This document shows positions 11,628 to 25,800 of a stretch of DNA of 64,000 nucleotides, piece by piece. Made by a program: the position numbers and the translations under genes. The notes beneath the pieces are model-generated. The model did no database searches, was not told the DNA's origin, and saw nothing but the letters and a program-made list of their open reading frames with translations. The stretch lies in assembly GCF_006345805.1 (NCBI RefSeq), contig NW_021833268.1:13923-77922 (forward strand). Reading direction: 5' to 3'. Numbering within the stretch: position 1 is the stretch's first letter; every line of letters starts with the position of its first letter. Source of the stretch: Octopus sinensis. Its lineage: Eukaryota.

Positions 11628-11880
11628 TAATTTTTTTTTTTTAGTTTGTAGCAGATGGTTTTCTTTGAATTCAAATCTGGAATGTTTAAGTTTGAAAATG
11701 AAAACTTCTGGCAAAAATATCACTTTATTTAGTAATGCTGACCAAAATTAAATTTGGCTGTTACCCTGAACTGTATTATAATGCCTACTGGCATTTTTCT
11801 AGCCAATTATTCCTTAAGATCAGATTTTGATAGGTATTAACAGACAAAAAGCTTATTAGCTGTTGTTATTATCAGTATTG

Positions 11881-12355
11881 TGGAGGCACATGGCCTAGTG
11901 GTTAGAGCAGCGGACTTGCGGTCGAGGGATCGTGGGTTCAAATCTCGGACCAGGCGATGTGTGTGTTTATGAGCATTCTGAGTTCAAATACCGCCAAGGT
12001 CGACTTTGCCTTTTACCCTTTCAGAGTCAGTAACATTAATACCAGTCAAGTACTGGGGGGTGTGAAGGTACACGGCCTAGTGGTTAGAACAGTGGACTCG
12101 TGGTCGAGAGATCACGGGTTCAAATTTCAGACCGGGCGATGTGTGTGCTTATGAGTGAAACACTTAAGCTCCACGCGGCTCCAGCAGAAGGTAATGGTGA
12201 ACTTCTGCTGACTCTTTGGCCACAACTTTCTATCACTCTTTCCTCCTGCATCTTGCAGCTCACCTGTGACAGACCGGCGTCCCATCTGGGTGGGGAACCT
12301 ATATGCCAAAGAAACCGGGAAACCGGCCCTTATGAACCAGGCATGGCTTGAGTAG
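11881..12355 (+). mobile_element. Two SINE family C heads (11881, 12065) with a B fragment between; the second has the V-like tail
   Basis: tggcctagtggttagagcagcgg...gggttcaaatc; tail ctcacctgtgacagaccggcgtcc...gaaaccgggaaacc. Confidence 0.85.
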
Positions 12356-13280
12356 AAAGAAGCAATTATTAGAATTATTAAGGCCTCAAGCTGGCAGAAT
12401 TGTCAGCATACTGGACAAAACACTCCATGGTATTTCCTCTGGTTTTATATTCTGAGTTCAAATACCACAGAGATTAACTTTACCTATCAGGGCCGATTAA
12501 AATTATGCCAGTTGATTACCGGATCTGATGTAATTGACTATCCCTCCCTGTGGCTTGAAAAATTTTTCTTTGCAGCCCAGATCACTATAAGACATTGTAG
12601 TACAAATGGATAAGAATGAGCCATAAATTGAAATAAGGAAACCGGGAAACCAGCCCTTATGAGCCAGGCATGGCTTGAGTAGGAACAAGCAATTCTAAGT
12701 ATTATTAAGGCCTCGAGCTGGCAGAATTGTTAGCATACTGGACAAAATGCTCCATGATATTTCCTCTGAAGGCAGCAAGCTGGCAGAAACATTAGCATGC
12801 CTCATGAAATGCTTAACAGTATTTCGTCTGCCACTACGTTCTGAGTTCAAATTCCGCCGAGGTTGACTTTGCCTTTCATCCTTCAGGGTCGATTAAATAA
12901 GTACCAGTTACGCACTGGGATTGATACAATCGACTTAATCCCTTTGTCTGTCCTTGTTTGTTTCCTCTGTGTTTAACCCCTTGTGGGTAGTAAAGAAATA
13001 GGTATTTCCTCTGGTTTTAAATTCTGAGTTCAAATACCACAGAGATTAACTTTACCTTTCAGGGCTGATTAAAATAATACCAGTTGAGTACTGGATCTGA
13101 TGTTATTGACTACCCCTCTCTGTGGCTTGAAAATTTTTTCTTTGTGGCCCAGATCACTGTAAGACATTGTAGTACAAATGGATTAGAGTGAGCCATATAT
13201 TGAAATAAGGAAACCAAGAAACCAGCCCTTATGAGCCAGGCATGGCTTGAGTAGGAACAAGCAATTATAAGCATTATTAA

Positions 13281-13499
13281 CCCTTTAGTATTTAAACCGG
13301 CCATATCCGGCCAAAATATTTAATCTGTTTTATGTTCAAACTGACCAGATCCAGGCTCTCACACCTACCCTACAATGTTATTCTACATTAAGTAATTACA
13401 CCATCAAGATCTTGAAGATATGAGATAATGCATGATTAATTAAAATCAATGGGAATCAATAAGCATTATGTTTGATAGAATAATCTGAACACTAAAGGG
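13281..13499. mobile_element. piggyBac-type MITE
   Basis: TTAA TSD (13277-13280, 13500-13503); TIR ccctttagt/actaaaggg; empty site attattaaggcctc in the paralogous units. Confidence 0.9.
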
Positions 13500-13559
13500 T
13501 TAAGGCCTCGAGCTGGCAGAATTGTTAGCATACTGGACAAAATGCTCCATGATATTTCC

Positions 13560-14530
13560 TCTGAAGGCAGCAAGCTGGCAGAAACATTAGCACGCCTCAT
13601 GAAATGCTTAACGGTATTTCGTCTGCCACTACGTTCTGAGTTCAAATTCTGCCGAGGTTGACTTTGCCTTTCATACTTTCGGGGTCGATTAAATAAGAAC
13701 CAGTTACACACTGGGATCGATATAATTGACTTAATCCCTTTGTCTGTCCTTGTTTGCCTCCTCTGTGTGTAGCCCCTTGTGGGTAGTAAAGAAATAGGTA
13801 TTTCGCATGCTGCTACGTTCTGAGTTCAAATTCTGCCGAGGTTGACTTTGCCTTTCATCCTTTTGGGGTCGATTAAATAAGTACCAGTTATGCACTGGGA
13901 TCGATATAATTGACTTAATCCCTTTGTCTGTCCTTGTTTGCCTCCTCTGTGTTTAGCCCCTTGTGGGTAGTAAAGAAATAGGTATTTCGCATGCTGCTAC
14001 GTTCTGAGTTCAAATTCTGCCGAGGTCGACTTTGCCTTTCATCCTTTCGGGGTCGATTAAATAAGTACCAGTTATGCACTGGGATCGATATAATCGACTT
14101 AATTCCTTTGTCTGTCCTTGTTTGCCTCCTCTATGTTTAGCCCCTTGTGGGTAGTAAAGAAATAGGTATTTCGCATGCTGCTACGTTCTGAGTTCAAATT
14201 CTGCCGAGGTCGACTTTGCCTTTCATCCTTTCGGGGTCGATTAAATAAGTACCAGTTACGCACTGGGATCGATATAATCGACTTAATTCCTTTGTCTGTC
14301 CTTGTTTGCCTCCTCTATGTTTAGCCCCTTGTGGGTAGTAAAGAAATAGGTATTTCGTCTGCTGTTATGTTCTGAGTTCAAATTCTGCCGAGGTTGGCTT
14401 TGCCTTTCATCCTTTCGTGGTCGATTAAATAAGTACCAGTTATGCACTGGGATCGATATAATCGACTTAATCCCTTTATCTGTCCTTGTTTGCCTCCTCT
14501 GTGTTTAGCCCCTTGTGGGTAGTAAAGAAA
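13560..14530 (+). repeat. SINE B tandem array, period 184 bp, about 5 units
   Basis: Junction gaaataggtatttc at 13791, 13975, 14159, 14343 and 14527. Confidence 0.95.
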
Positions 14531-15283
14531 TAGGTATTTCCTCTGGTTTTAAATTCTGAGTTCAAATACCACAGAGATTAACTTTACCTTTCAGGGCCAA
14601 TTAAAATAATACCAGTTGAGTACCGGATCTGATGTAATTGACTACCCCTCCCTGTGGCTTGAAAAATTATTCTTTGCGGCCCAGATCACTGTAAGACATT
14701 GTAGTATAAATGGATTAGAATGGGCCATAAATTTAAACTCAAGAAGTAATTTTTTTCAACAAATGATCAAACTGCTAATTTAGTGTCTTTGGTTTATGAC
14801 ACCCATTGATTATACCTGTCATTGAATCAGCGGAAAAATTATAGTCTTTTCCAGTAGTTTTAATCTATTTGAAAACCTATTAATTTAATTTTCACAATAA
14901 GTGGGTGAATATATTAACATCTTTTGTTATTTGTTTGTTGTACAATTGATTGGAAATGTGAGTAATGATAAGGTTAATTTTGCTAACGAGCAGCTGTATG
15001 ACTTTTGGAATCAATGGCTGAGAGTTAATCACAACAAAGTAAACATCTGTCATATTTGAGAGTCAGATGACACTCATCACGTATCTTTTATCTTTTGCTT
15101 GTTTCAGTTACTTGACTGTGGCCATGCTGGTGCACCACCTTGGAGAATTTTTTAGCCGAGTGAATCGACCCTGGGACTTATATTTTTTTAAAGCCTAGTA
15201 CTTTTTCTATCCGTCTCTTTTGCTGAATTGCTAAATTATGGGGATGTAAACATACCAACACCAGTATATGTATATGTATGTAT

Positions 15284-16305
15284 ATACTTTGATACTTGCT
15301 TTGATACTTTGATAGGTTTCGGCCATTATTGGCCCAGGCCATGTCTAACTTAATAGCACCACCTGGTGAAGTCTTTCAAGTCAGAATTTGGGCACTATGG
15401 CCCACTCAAGTAGAGAGTTATTGTTTACAGACACATATCTGGGTGTAGGGGGTTTATCTGGGATTTCTTGAAGGAATCTGTCCAAAGACTTCTTGAACCC
15501 TATAGGGTCAGTTTCTGTTTTAATGTGTTTTGGTGTAATGTTAAAGAGAGCGGGGCCAATTGAGGTGAAATAATTGTGCCGTATTGTTGTTATGAGATGA
15601 GAGTGCGATTTTTGTTTGGGCGGATGGCACGGGGCCCAAGCCTTGGATGTACCTTAAAGGTGATGCCAACATCATTTGGGCAATGCTGATGGAATATTTT
15701 CCACATCATGCAGATGATGTAGCGCTCACGACGACGTTGGAGAGAATAGAGTTTTAGCTTTTCTAGTCGACCCCAATAGTCGAGGCCTGTCATGCCATCT
15801 ATCGTTTTTGTGATTGCCCTTTGAGGTGCTTCAACTTTTGATACCTTGTATTGTGTGGGGAGACCACAGTGGACAACAGTATTCAAGGTTGGGTCGGGCA
15901 AAAGTGGAGAAGAGAAGGATAATAGTGTGGATATCTCTCGACTGGAAAGTTCTGAGAATCCAGGAACACATTCTGCGGGCCATGTCAACTTTGGTGTTTG
16001 AGTGGCCCAGCTTATGTTGTTGTCCACAATTACTCCCAAGTCTCTGATGTTGTTGGACGCCGCGAGAGTTTCACCTGAAGGAAGGGAGTATGGGAGTTTC
16101 AGGGCATCCTCTTTTCCAAAGTGGATTAGCTCAAATTTATCCTCGTTCAGCAGCATATTGTTTTTTCTGCCCATTGGATAACAGCCAGTAGATCTGACTG
16201 AAGGCATGTCCGGTCACTCGCCTCATTTATGACCTTCTGTAGCTTGGAATCATCTGCAAAGATTTTTATGTTGCCGTGCTTGATGATGTCATTGATGTCA
16301 TTAAT
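15284..16305 (-). mobile_element. CR1-clade LINE, 5'-truncated RT pseudogene with 3' end
   Basis: KIFADDSKL (FADD 16249-16260), NEDKFELIHFG, IRDLGVIVD, LKLYSLQRRRERY; 3' stem-loop plus 8-bp (TATCAAAG) tail repeats at 15284-15345. Confidence 0.9.
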
Positions 16306-16310
16306 GTAGA

Positions 16311-16550
16311 TATATATATATATAATATATATATATATATGTATATGTATGTATATATATATATGTATATGTATGTATATATATATGTATATGTATGTAT
16401 ATATATATATATATGTATGTATGTATATATTTATATATGTATATGTATGTATATATATATATGTATGTATATATATGTATATGTATGTATATATATATAT
16501 GTATGTATATATATATATGTATGTATATATATATGTATATGTATGTATAT

Positions 16551-16582
<32 letters not shown>

Positions 16583-16632
16583 GTATGTATATATATATGT
16601 ATATGTATGTATATATATATATATGTATGTAT

Positions 16633-16666
<34 letters not shown>

Positions 16667-16698
16667 ATGTATGTATATATATGTATATGTATGTATAT
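16311..16698. repeat. Compound (TA)n/(TATG)n microsatellite
   Basis: Read directly; source of the YI/YM ORFs. Confidence 0.95.
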
Positions 16699-17284
16699 CA
16701 TTCTTTCCTTCTTCTATCAGCCCCTTCACACTTACTTCGTTCATTCCACTCTTTGTTCTTTCATTACCCTCTCTCACATTTCCTTGCCTACTCTTCATGC
16801 TCACCTTCCCTCCTCCTTCACTCTGTCCCTTTCATTTTTTTCTCGACCCTCCTTTATTCTTCTGTCCCTCCACATCTACCTCTCTCTCTTCTCTCCCCCA
16901 CATAACTGGTGTTCGGCCAAGCCTGACCTTTCTTTCTTGGTTTGACTACCATCTGTGCAACATCTATATTCCTCCCTGTGCCTGTCTAATCTTGTGCCCC
17001 TGCCATAAGGCTTTACTTCCATACACACCAGCTTAATTTAATTCGTCCTTAGTCGAAAGACACCTGTTGTTATGTCCTGTTATTTGTATTTGTGTACCGG
17101 TTCTCTGTTTTTTACATCCTTGTTTTCGTATACATTCGCTGCTTTCTTCCAAGGAATCTAATGCTCTTAGATTAGATTTTCCTTGGGGGCTGGCCATATT
17201 GGAGCAATCTTGAGTATAACCAGCCAAAATTGGAAAGATAATCTGAAACTTGACTGAGGAAAGAAAACTCCGAATGACCCATCA

Positions 17285-18232
17285 TTGTTTTCTGGATGTT
17301 TTGTTGTCCCCTATTTTGTACCACCTAACTGGTGGTTGGTGAGGAGAAACGGGAGACGGGTGACGGCGGGGCGGGTATGGGGGGAGAGTGTAGATGCATG
17401 GTTCACAGAACGTGCTCTGGCAAGGGTGGTGTGGATAGTGGTGAGGGGATATCCACGTAGGATGAAGTGGCGAGCCATGAGTTGAGACTGAGTCTCAAAG
17501 TCATGGGTGTAATTGCAGAGCCTGTGTAGACTGAGGAATTAGGAGCAGGAGGTGGAGAGCTTGGTGTGTTTAAGGTGGGAGGGGGAGAAGTTGAGGTATG
17601 AGTGTGTGTCTGTGTGTTTATAGTGGATGGAGGTGGTGAGAGTGGAGTGATGAATGCTGACTGAAATGTTGAGAAAGGTGACTGAGGTGTTAGAAATAGT
17701 GCAGGAGAAGTGGAGGGCAGGATGGAAAGATTTGACAAAAGAGAGGAAGGAGTCTAGATGTTCGCGGGAGAGTGAGGTCGCACTGATACAGTCATCAATA
17801 TAACGGCCATATAGTTTGGTAGTGGGACCAGTGAAACTTGAGAATATCTGGGCCTCAATGTAGCCAACAAACAGGTTTGCAAAGTTGGGGCCCATTCTCG
17901 TTCCCATGGCCACTCCTGAGAACCACTGATAAAAATCACATGTGAACAAGAAGCAGTTAAGTGAGAGGACAAGTAAGGCAGATGAAGGAGTGTGGATGTG
18001 TCAGGTTGGGGGTTGGGCCGAAGGTCAAGGAAATGTTGGAGTGCATGCAGCCCCTCGTGGTGAGGGATGTGTAGACTCTTGATGTCAAGAGTGAAGAGAA
18101 GTTTAGAGGGGCCAAGAGAGAAGGAGAAAGAGTTGAACAAACAAAGAGCATGGTTGGTGTCATGGATATAAGAGGGGAGGAATGCCACTAGGGAGGCAAG
18201 AACACGGTCAAGATATCTGGATATATATATAT
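17285..18232 (-). pseudogene. Penelope-like element reverse transcriptase remnant (Neptune/Poseidon-like)
   Basis: LFTLDIKSL, GVAMGTRMGPNFANLF, RYIDD (17791-17802), FHPALHF, TSIHYKHTDTHSYLNF, ILRGYP across several frames. Confidence 0.85.
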
Positions 18233-18410
18233 ATATGCAAAACATTCTATACCTGAGATTTGAAATCAGATGTCACTACTATTCATATCATCTGTGGATA
18301 AATTTTAAATTTGCTGATATCACCATCAGTGACATAAGTGGATCGCAGGCACAATAGCATTAAACAGCTATGAATTATGAATTTGTATGAAGCGTAAGGA
18401 TGCTTAACAA

Positions 18411-18440
<30 letters not shown>

Positions 18441-18445
<5 letters not shown>

Positions 18446-19359
18446 GTCATCCCATAAATAATGCGGGTTTTTCAATTGCATGAACTAAAAGTCGGAAGGG
18501 GACGGGATGAACTACCTGCACCAACTTGCTCTAAAAGTAGGAAGTGATTTTACCTTGTCTTAGTGCAAGTTTTGTAGAATGCAGTTCGATTTTAACAGTT
18601 ATTTTCCAAAGCTATAATGGATGTGACAAAGGAGCATATTCAACATGTTTTGCTTTATGAGTTCAATAAAGGCAACAATGTAATGGAAAGTGTAAGGAAT
18701 ATTAATGCAATATATGGGGATTGGACAATAAATGAAAACTAGTGTCAATGGTGGTTCCGGAAATTCTTAGCCAGAAACTAGAGCCTAGAAGATGACCCTC
18801 ATCCTGGAAGATCTGTAGAGTCCGATGAGGACGTCCTGCAAACCCTGGTGGAATAAAATCCCATCGTCACTGTTGAGGAACTAGCAGAGAAGCTTGGATT
18901 TGGTCATTCAACCAATAATTGACCCCAGCATTAGAAGAAAAACGACCATCTTTGGTTACAAGACGAAAGATGTTCTTCCATCAGGATAATGCTTGGCTAC
19001 ATCCAGCAAGGATGACATTCCAAAGGCTGGAGCAGTTTGAATGGAAAATGATGCCTCACCCATCATATTCACCAGACATTGCCTCATCTGATTATCATTT
19101 ATTCTGCAGTCTTCAGAATCATTTGGATGGAAAAAATATGAATTCTGTAGACAAGGTCAGAACAATACTGGAGGAGTATTTTTCATCATGGACAAGGGAA
19201 TTTTGGAAGAGGGGACTTGCAAGTCTACCAGAGAGATGGAAGAGCATTGTAGAAAATGAAGAATAGTATATTTTAGATTAAAAAAGAACTTTGTTTATCT
19301 TCATTTTGAAAAATAAAAGAAGTATTAAAAAAAATAGCATTATTTAGGGATAATCCAAT
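18441..19359 (+). mobile_element. Mariner element, internally deleted
   Basis: TIRs attgggtcatcccataaataatgc / gcattatttagggataatccaat with TA flanks; ORF from 18617 MDVTKEHIQHVLLYEF; HQDNA...HPSYSPDIASSDYHLF (DD34D-type end). Confidence 0.92.
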
Positions 19360-19360
19360 A

Positions 19361-19591
19361 TATTCTGTTATGTCTGGGGAAAGTCATTTTCTTTTTGCAC
19401 CTTATAATTTAACACATTCACCGGTAAAATTTCCACTTATTTATTTTTTAAATTTTATTTTTGAAAAGATTGCAAGATGCAACGAAAATTTTAGGAGAAT
19501 AAAAATAAGAAATAAGTGGAAATTCTACTGGTGAGTGTATTATATTATAAGGCACAAAAAGAAAATGACTCTCCCCAGGCACAACAGAATA
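19361..19591. mobile_element. MITE with about 80-bp imperfect TIRs
   Basis: tattctgttatgtctggggaaagtcattttc... versus ...gaaaatgactctccccaggcacaacagaata. Confidence 0.75.
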
Positions 19592-19892
19592 TGCTTCAAC
19601 ACACGAACTCATATAAAGAATCTTGCAAACCAAATCCCAAAACCAATATATTTTTATATAGTCTCACACACACGCATATATATACATACATTCTTTCTTT
19701 CTTTTTAGATGCCATATCCAGAATGTAAGACATAAGCTATCATGTCCTACCACAATTTTCTGTTGCTTGTTTTCTGTAACAGTTCAGCTTCCTGATGTTT
19801 AATACCTCTTTCTCTCAACCACTTTGTAGAGCTTATCATCAATGTCATCCTTCTCCTTTCTCTGCTTCTCTTCCCTTCAATCTTTCCAGTCA

Positions 19893-22800
19893 TTGCTAAA
19901 CCCTCCAGGCCCTCTTTCCTCATCATATGATCAAGAACTCTCATTTGTTTAGCCCTTATCTAATAAAGCAGTTTCTTATGTACTGCAACTTTCTAAACCC
20001 TCCAGGCCCTCTTTCCTCATCATATGATCAAGAACTCTCACTTGTTTAGCCCTTATCTCATAAAGCAGTTCCTTATTTACTGCAACTTTCTAAACCCTCC
20101 AGGCCCTCTTTCCTCATCATATGATCAAGAACTCTCACTTGTTTAGCCCTTATCTCATAAAACAGTTCCTTATTTACTGCAACTTTCTAAACCCTCCAGG
20201 CCCTCCTTCCTCACCATATGATCAAGAACTCTCACTTGTTTAGCCCTTATCTCATAAAGCAGTTTCTTATTTACTGCAACTTCCTAAACCCTCAAGGCCC
20301 TTTCTCCTCATCATATCATCAAGAACTCTCACTTGTTTAGCCCTTATATCATAAAACAGTTCCTTATTTACTGCAACTTTCTAAACCATCCAGGCCCTCT
20401 TTCCTCATCATATGATCAAGAACTCTCACTTGTTTAGCCCTTATCTCATAAAACAGTTCCTTATTTACTGCAACTTTCTAAACCCTCCAGGCCCTCCTTC
20501 CTCATCATATGATCAAGAACTCTCACTTGTTTAGCCCTTATCTCATAAAGCAGTTTCTTATTACTGCAACTTGCTAAACCTCAAGGCCCTCTTTCCTCAT
20601 CATATCATCAAGAACTCTCACTTGTTTAGCCCTTATCTCATAAAACAGTTCCTTATTTACTGCAACTTTCTAAACCCTCCAGGCCCTCTTTCCTCATCAT
20701 ATGATCAAGACCTCTCACTTGTTTAGCCCTTATCTCATAAAACAGTTCCTTATTTACTGCAACTTTCTAAACCCTCCAGGCCCTCTTTCCTCATCATATG
20801 ATCAAGACTCTCACTTGTTAGCCCTTATCTCATAAAACAGTTCCTTATTTACTGCAACTTTCTAAACCCTCCAGGCCCTCTTTCCTCATCATATGATCAA
20901 GAAGTCTCACTTGTTTAGCCCTTGTCTCATAAAACAGTTTCTTATTTACTGCAACTTGCTAAACCCTCAAGACCCTCTTTCCTCATCATATGATCAAGAA
21001 CTCTCACTTGTTTAGCCCCTATCTCATAAAACAGTTCCTTATTTACTGCAACTTTCTAAACCCTCCAGGCCCTCTTTCCTCATCATATGATCAAGAACTC
21101 TCACTTGTTTAGGCCTTATCTCATAAAACAGTTCCTTATTTACTGCAACTTTCTAAACCCTCCAGGCCCTCCTTCCTCATCATATGATCAAGAACTCTCA
21201 CTTGTTTAGCCCTTATCTCATAAAACAGTTCCTTATTTACTGCAACTTTCTAAACCCTCCAGGCCCTCTTTCCTCATCATATGATCAAGAACACTCACTT
21301 GTTTAGCCCTTATCTCATAAAACAGTTCCTTATTTACTGCAACTTTCTAAACCCTCCAGGCCCTCCTTCCTCATCATATGATCAAGAACTCTCACTTGTT
21401 TAGCCTTTATCTCATAAAGCAGTTTCTTATTTACTGCAACTTGCTAAACCCTCAAGGCCCTCTTTCCTCATCATATCATCAAGAACTCTCACTTGTTTAG
21501 CCCTTATCTCATAAAACAGTTCCTTATTTACTGCAACTTTCTAAACCCTCCAGGCCCTCTTTCCTCATCATATGATCAAGAACTCTCACTTGTTTAGCCC
21601 TTATCTCATAAAACAGTTCCTTATTTACTGCAACTTTCTAAACCCTCCAGGCCCTCTTTCCTCATCATATGATCAAGAACTCTCACTTGTTTAGCCCTTG
21701 TCTCATAAAATAGTTCCTTATTTACTGCAACTTTCTAAACCCTCCAGGCCCTCTTTCCTCATCATATGATCAAGAACTCTCACTTGTTTAGCCTTTATCT
21801 CATAAAACAGTTCCTTATTTACTGCAACTTGCTAAACCCTCCAGGCCCTCTTTCCTCATCATATGATCAAGAACTCTCAGTTGCTTAGCCCTTATCTCAT
21901 AAAGCAGTTTCTTATTTACTGCAACTTGCTAAACCCTCAAGGCCCTCTTTCCTCATCATATCATCAAGAACTCTCAGTTGCTTAGCCCTTATCTCATAAA
22001 ACAGTTCCTTATTTACTGCAACTTGCTAAACCCTCCAGGCCCTCTTTCCTCATCATATGATCAAGAACTCTCACTTGTTTAGCCCTTATCTCATAAAACA
22101 GTTCCTTATTTACTGCAACTTTCTAAACCCTCCAGGCCCTCTTTCCTCATCATATCATCAATAACTCTCACTTGTTTAGCCCTTATCTCATAAAACAGTT
22201 CCTTATTTACTGCAACTTTCTAAACCCTCCAGGCCCTCCTTCCTCATCATATGATCAAGAACTCTCACTTGTTTAGCCCTTATCTCATAAAGCAGTTTCT
22301 TATTTACTGCAACTTGCTAAACCCTCAAGGCCCTCTTTCCTCATCATATCATCAAGAACTCTCACTTGTTTAGCCCTTATCTCATAAAACAGTTCCTTAT
22401 TTACTGCAACTTTCTAAACCCTCCAGGCCCTCTTTCCTCATCATATGAACAAGAACTCTCACCTGTTTAGCCCTTATCTCATAAAACAGTTCCTTATTTA
22501 CTGCAACTTTCTAAACCATCCAGGCCCTCCTTCATCATCATATGGTCAAGAACTCTCACTTGTTTAGCCCTTATCTCATAAAACAGTTCCTTATTTACTG
22601 CAACTTCTAAACCCTCCAGGCCCTCCTTCCTATCATATGATCAAGAACTCTCACTTGTTTAGCCCTTATCTCATAAAACAGTTCCTTATTTACTGCAACT
22701 TTCTAAAACCTCCAGGCCCTCTTCCTCATCATATGATCAAGAACTCTCACTTGTTTAGCCCTATCTCATAAAACAGTTCCTTATTTACTGCAACTTTCTA

Positions 22801-25800
22801 AACCCTCCAGGCCCTCCTTCCTTATCATATGATCAAGAACTCTCACTTGTTTAGCCCTCATCTCATACAGCAGTTTCTTATTTACTGCAACTTGCTAAAC
22901 CCTCAAGGCCCTCTTTCCTCATCATATGATCAAGAACTCTCACTTGTTTAGCCCTTATCTCATAAAACAGTTCCTTATTTACTGCAACTTTCTAAACCCT
23001 CCAGGCCCTCTTTCCTCATCATATCATCAAGAACTCTCACTTGTTTAGCCCTTATCTCATAAAACAGTTCCTTATTTACTACAACTTTCTAAACCCTCCA
23101 GGCCCTCCTTCCTCATCATATGATCAAGAACTCTCACTTGTTTAGCCCTTATCTCATAAAACAGTTCCTTATTTACTGCAACTTTCTAAACCCTCCAGGC
23201 CCTCTTTCCTCATCATATGATCAAGAACTCTCACTTGTTTAGCCCTTATCTCATAAAACAGTTCCTTATTTACTGCAACTTTCTAAACCCTCCAGGCCCT
23301 CCTTCCTCATCATATGATCAAGAACACTCACTTGTTTAGCCCTTATCTCATAAAGCAGTTTCTTATTTACTGCAACTTGCTAAACCCTCAAGGCCCTCTT
23401 TCCTCATCATATGATCAAGAACTCTCACTTGTTTAGCCCTTATCTCATAAAACAGTTCCTTATTTACTGCAACTTTCTAAACCCTCCAGGCCCTCCTTCC
23501 TCATCATATGATCAAGAACTCTCACTTGTTTAGCCCTTATTTCATAAAGCAGTTTCTTATTTACTGCAACTTGCTAAACCTCAAGGCCCTCTTCCTCATC
23601 ATATCATCAAGAACTCTCACTTGTTTAGCCTTATCTCATAAAACAGTTCCTTATTTACTGCAACTTTCTAAACCCTCCAGGCCCTCTTTCCTCATCATAT
23701 GATCAAGAACTGTCACTTGTTTAGCCCTTATCTCATAAAACAGTTCCTTATTTACTGCTACTTTGTAAACCCTCCAGGCCCTCTTTCCTCATCATATGAT
23801 CAAGAACTCTCACTTGTTTAGCCCTTGTCTCATAAAATAGTTCCTTATTTACTGCAACTTTCTAAACCTCCAGGCCCTCTTTCCTCATCATATGATCAAG
23901 AACTCTCACTTGTTTAGCCCTTATCTCATAAAACAGTTCCTTATTTACTGCAACTTTCTAAACCCTCCAGGCCCTCCTTCCTCATCATATGATCAAGAAC
24001 TCTCACTTGTTAGCCCTTATCTCATAAAACAGTTCCTTATTTCCTGCAACTTTCTAAACCCTCCAGGCCCTCCTTCCTCATCATATGATCAAGAACTCTC
24101 ACTTGTTTAGCCCTTATCTCATAAAGCAGTTTCTTATTTACTGCAACTTGCTAAACCCTCAAGGCCCTCTTTCCTCATCATATGATCAAGAACTCTCACT
24201 TGTTTAGCCCTTATCTCATAAAACAGTTCCTTATTTGCTGCAACTTTCTAAACCCTCCAGGCCCTCCTTCCTCATCATATGATCAAGAACTCTCACTTGT
24301 TTAGCCCTTATTTCATAAAGCAGTTTCTTATTTACTGCAACTTGCTAAACCCTCAAGGCCCTCTTTCCTCATCATATCATCAAGAACTCTCACTTGTTTA
24401 GCCCTTATCTCATAAAACAGTTCCTTATTTACTGCAACTTTCTAAACCCTCCAGGCCCTCTTTCCTCATCATATGATCAAGAACTGTCACTTGTTTAGCC
24501 CTTATCTCATAAAACAGTTCCTTATTTACTGCTACTTGCTAAACCCTCAAGGCCCTCTTTCCTCATCATATCATCAAGAACTCTCACTTGTTTAGCCCTA
24601 TCTCATAAAACAGTTCCTTATTTACTGCAACTTTCTAAACCCTCCAGGCCCTCTTTCCTCATCATATGATCAAGAACTGTCACTTGTTTAGCCCTTATCT
24701 CATAAAACAGTTCCTTATTTACTGCTACTTTGTAAACCTCCAGGCCCTCTTTCCTCATCATATGATCAAGAACTCTCACTTGTTTAGCCCTTGTCTCATA
24801 AAATAGTTCCTTATTTACTGCAACTTTCTAAACCCTCCAGGCCCTCTTCCTCATCATATGATCAAGAACTCTCACTTGTTTAGCCCTTATCTCATAAAAC
24901 AGTTCCTTATTTACTGCAACTTTCTAAACCCTCCAGGCCCTCCTTCCTCATCATATGATCAAGAACTCTCACTTGTTTAGCCCTTATCTCATAAAACAGT
25001 TCCTTATTTCCTGCAACTTTCTAAACCCTCCAGGCCCTCCTTCCTCATCATATGATCAAGAACTCTCACTTGTTTAGCCCTTATCTCATAAAGCAGTTTC
25101 TTATTTACTGCAACTTGCTAAACCCTCAAGGCCCTCTTTCCTCATCATATCATCAAGAACTCTCACTTGTTTAGCCCTTATCTCATAAAACAGTTCCTTA
25201 TTTACTGCAACTTTCTAAACCCTCCAGGCCCTCTTTCCTCATCATATGATCAAGAACTCTCACTTGTTTAGCCCTTATCTCATAAAACAGTTCCTTATTT
25301 ACTGCAACTTTCTAAACCCTCCAGGCCCTCTTTCCTCATCATATGATCAAGAACTGTCACTTGTTTAGCCCTTATCTCATAAAACAGTTCCTTATTTACT
25401 GCTACTTTCTAAACCCTCCAGGCCCTCTTTCCTCATCATATGATCAAGAACTCTCACTTGTTTAGCCCTTGTCTCATAAAATAGTTCCTTATTTACTGCA
25501 ACTTTCTAAACCCTCCAGGCCCTCTTTCCTCATCATATGATCAAGAACTCTCACTTGTTTAGCCCTTATCTCATAAAACAGTTCCTTATTTACTGCAACT
25601 TTCTAAACCCTCCAGGCCCTCCTTCCTCATCATATGATCAAGAACTCTCACTTGTTTAGCCCTTATCTCATAAAGCAGTTTCTTATTTACTGCAACTTGC
25701 TAAACCCTCAAGGCCCTGTTTCCTCATCATATCATCAAGAACTCTCACTTGTTTAGCCCTTATCTCATAAAACAGTTCCTTATTTACTGCAACTTTCTAA

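Larger units (their letters stand above)
12312..14730 (+). repeat. Composite tandem duplication built from SINE pieces
   Basis: gaaaccgggaaacc..gcccttatga recurs at about 12312, 12638 and 13209; ggtatttcctctggtttt...agatcactgtaagacattgtagta recurs at about 12430, 13000 and 14530. Confidence 0.85.

Noticed and set aside
17250-17290. Hammerhead-like CTGAGGA...CTCCGAA next to the PLE RT remnant
   Set aside because: Stem II does not pair, GAAA and stem III are incomplete, and it lies on the strand opposite the PLE ORF.
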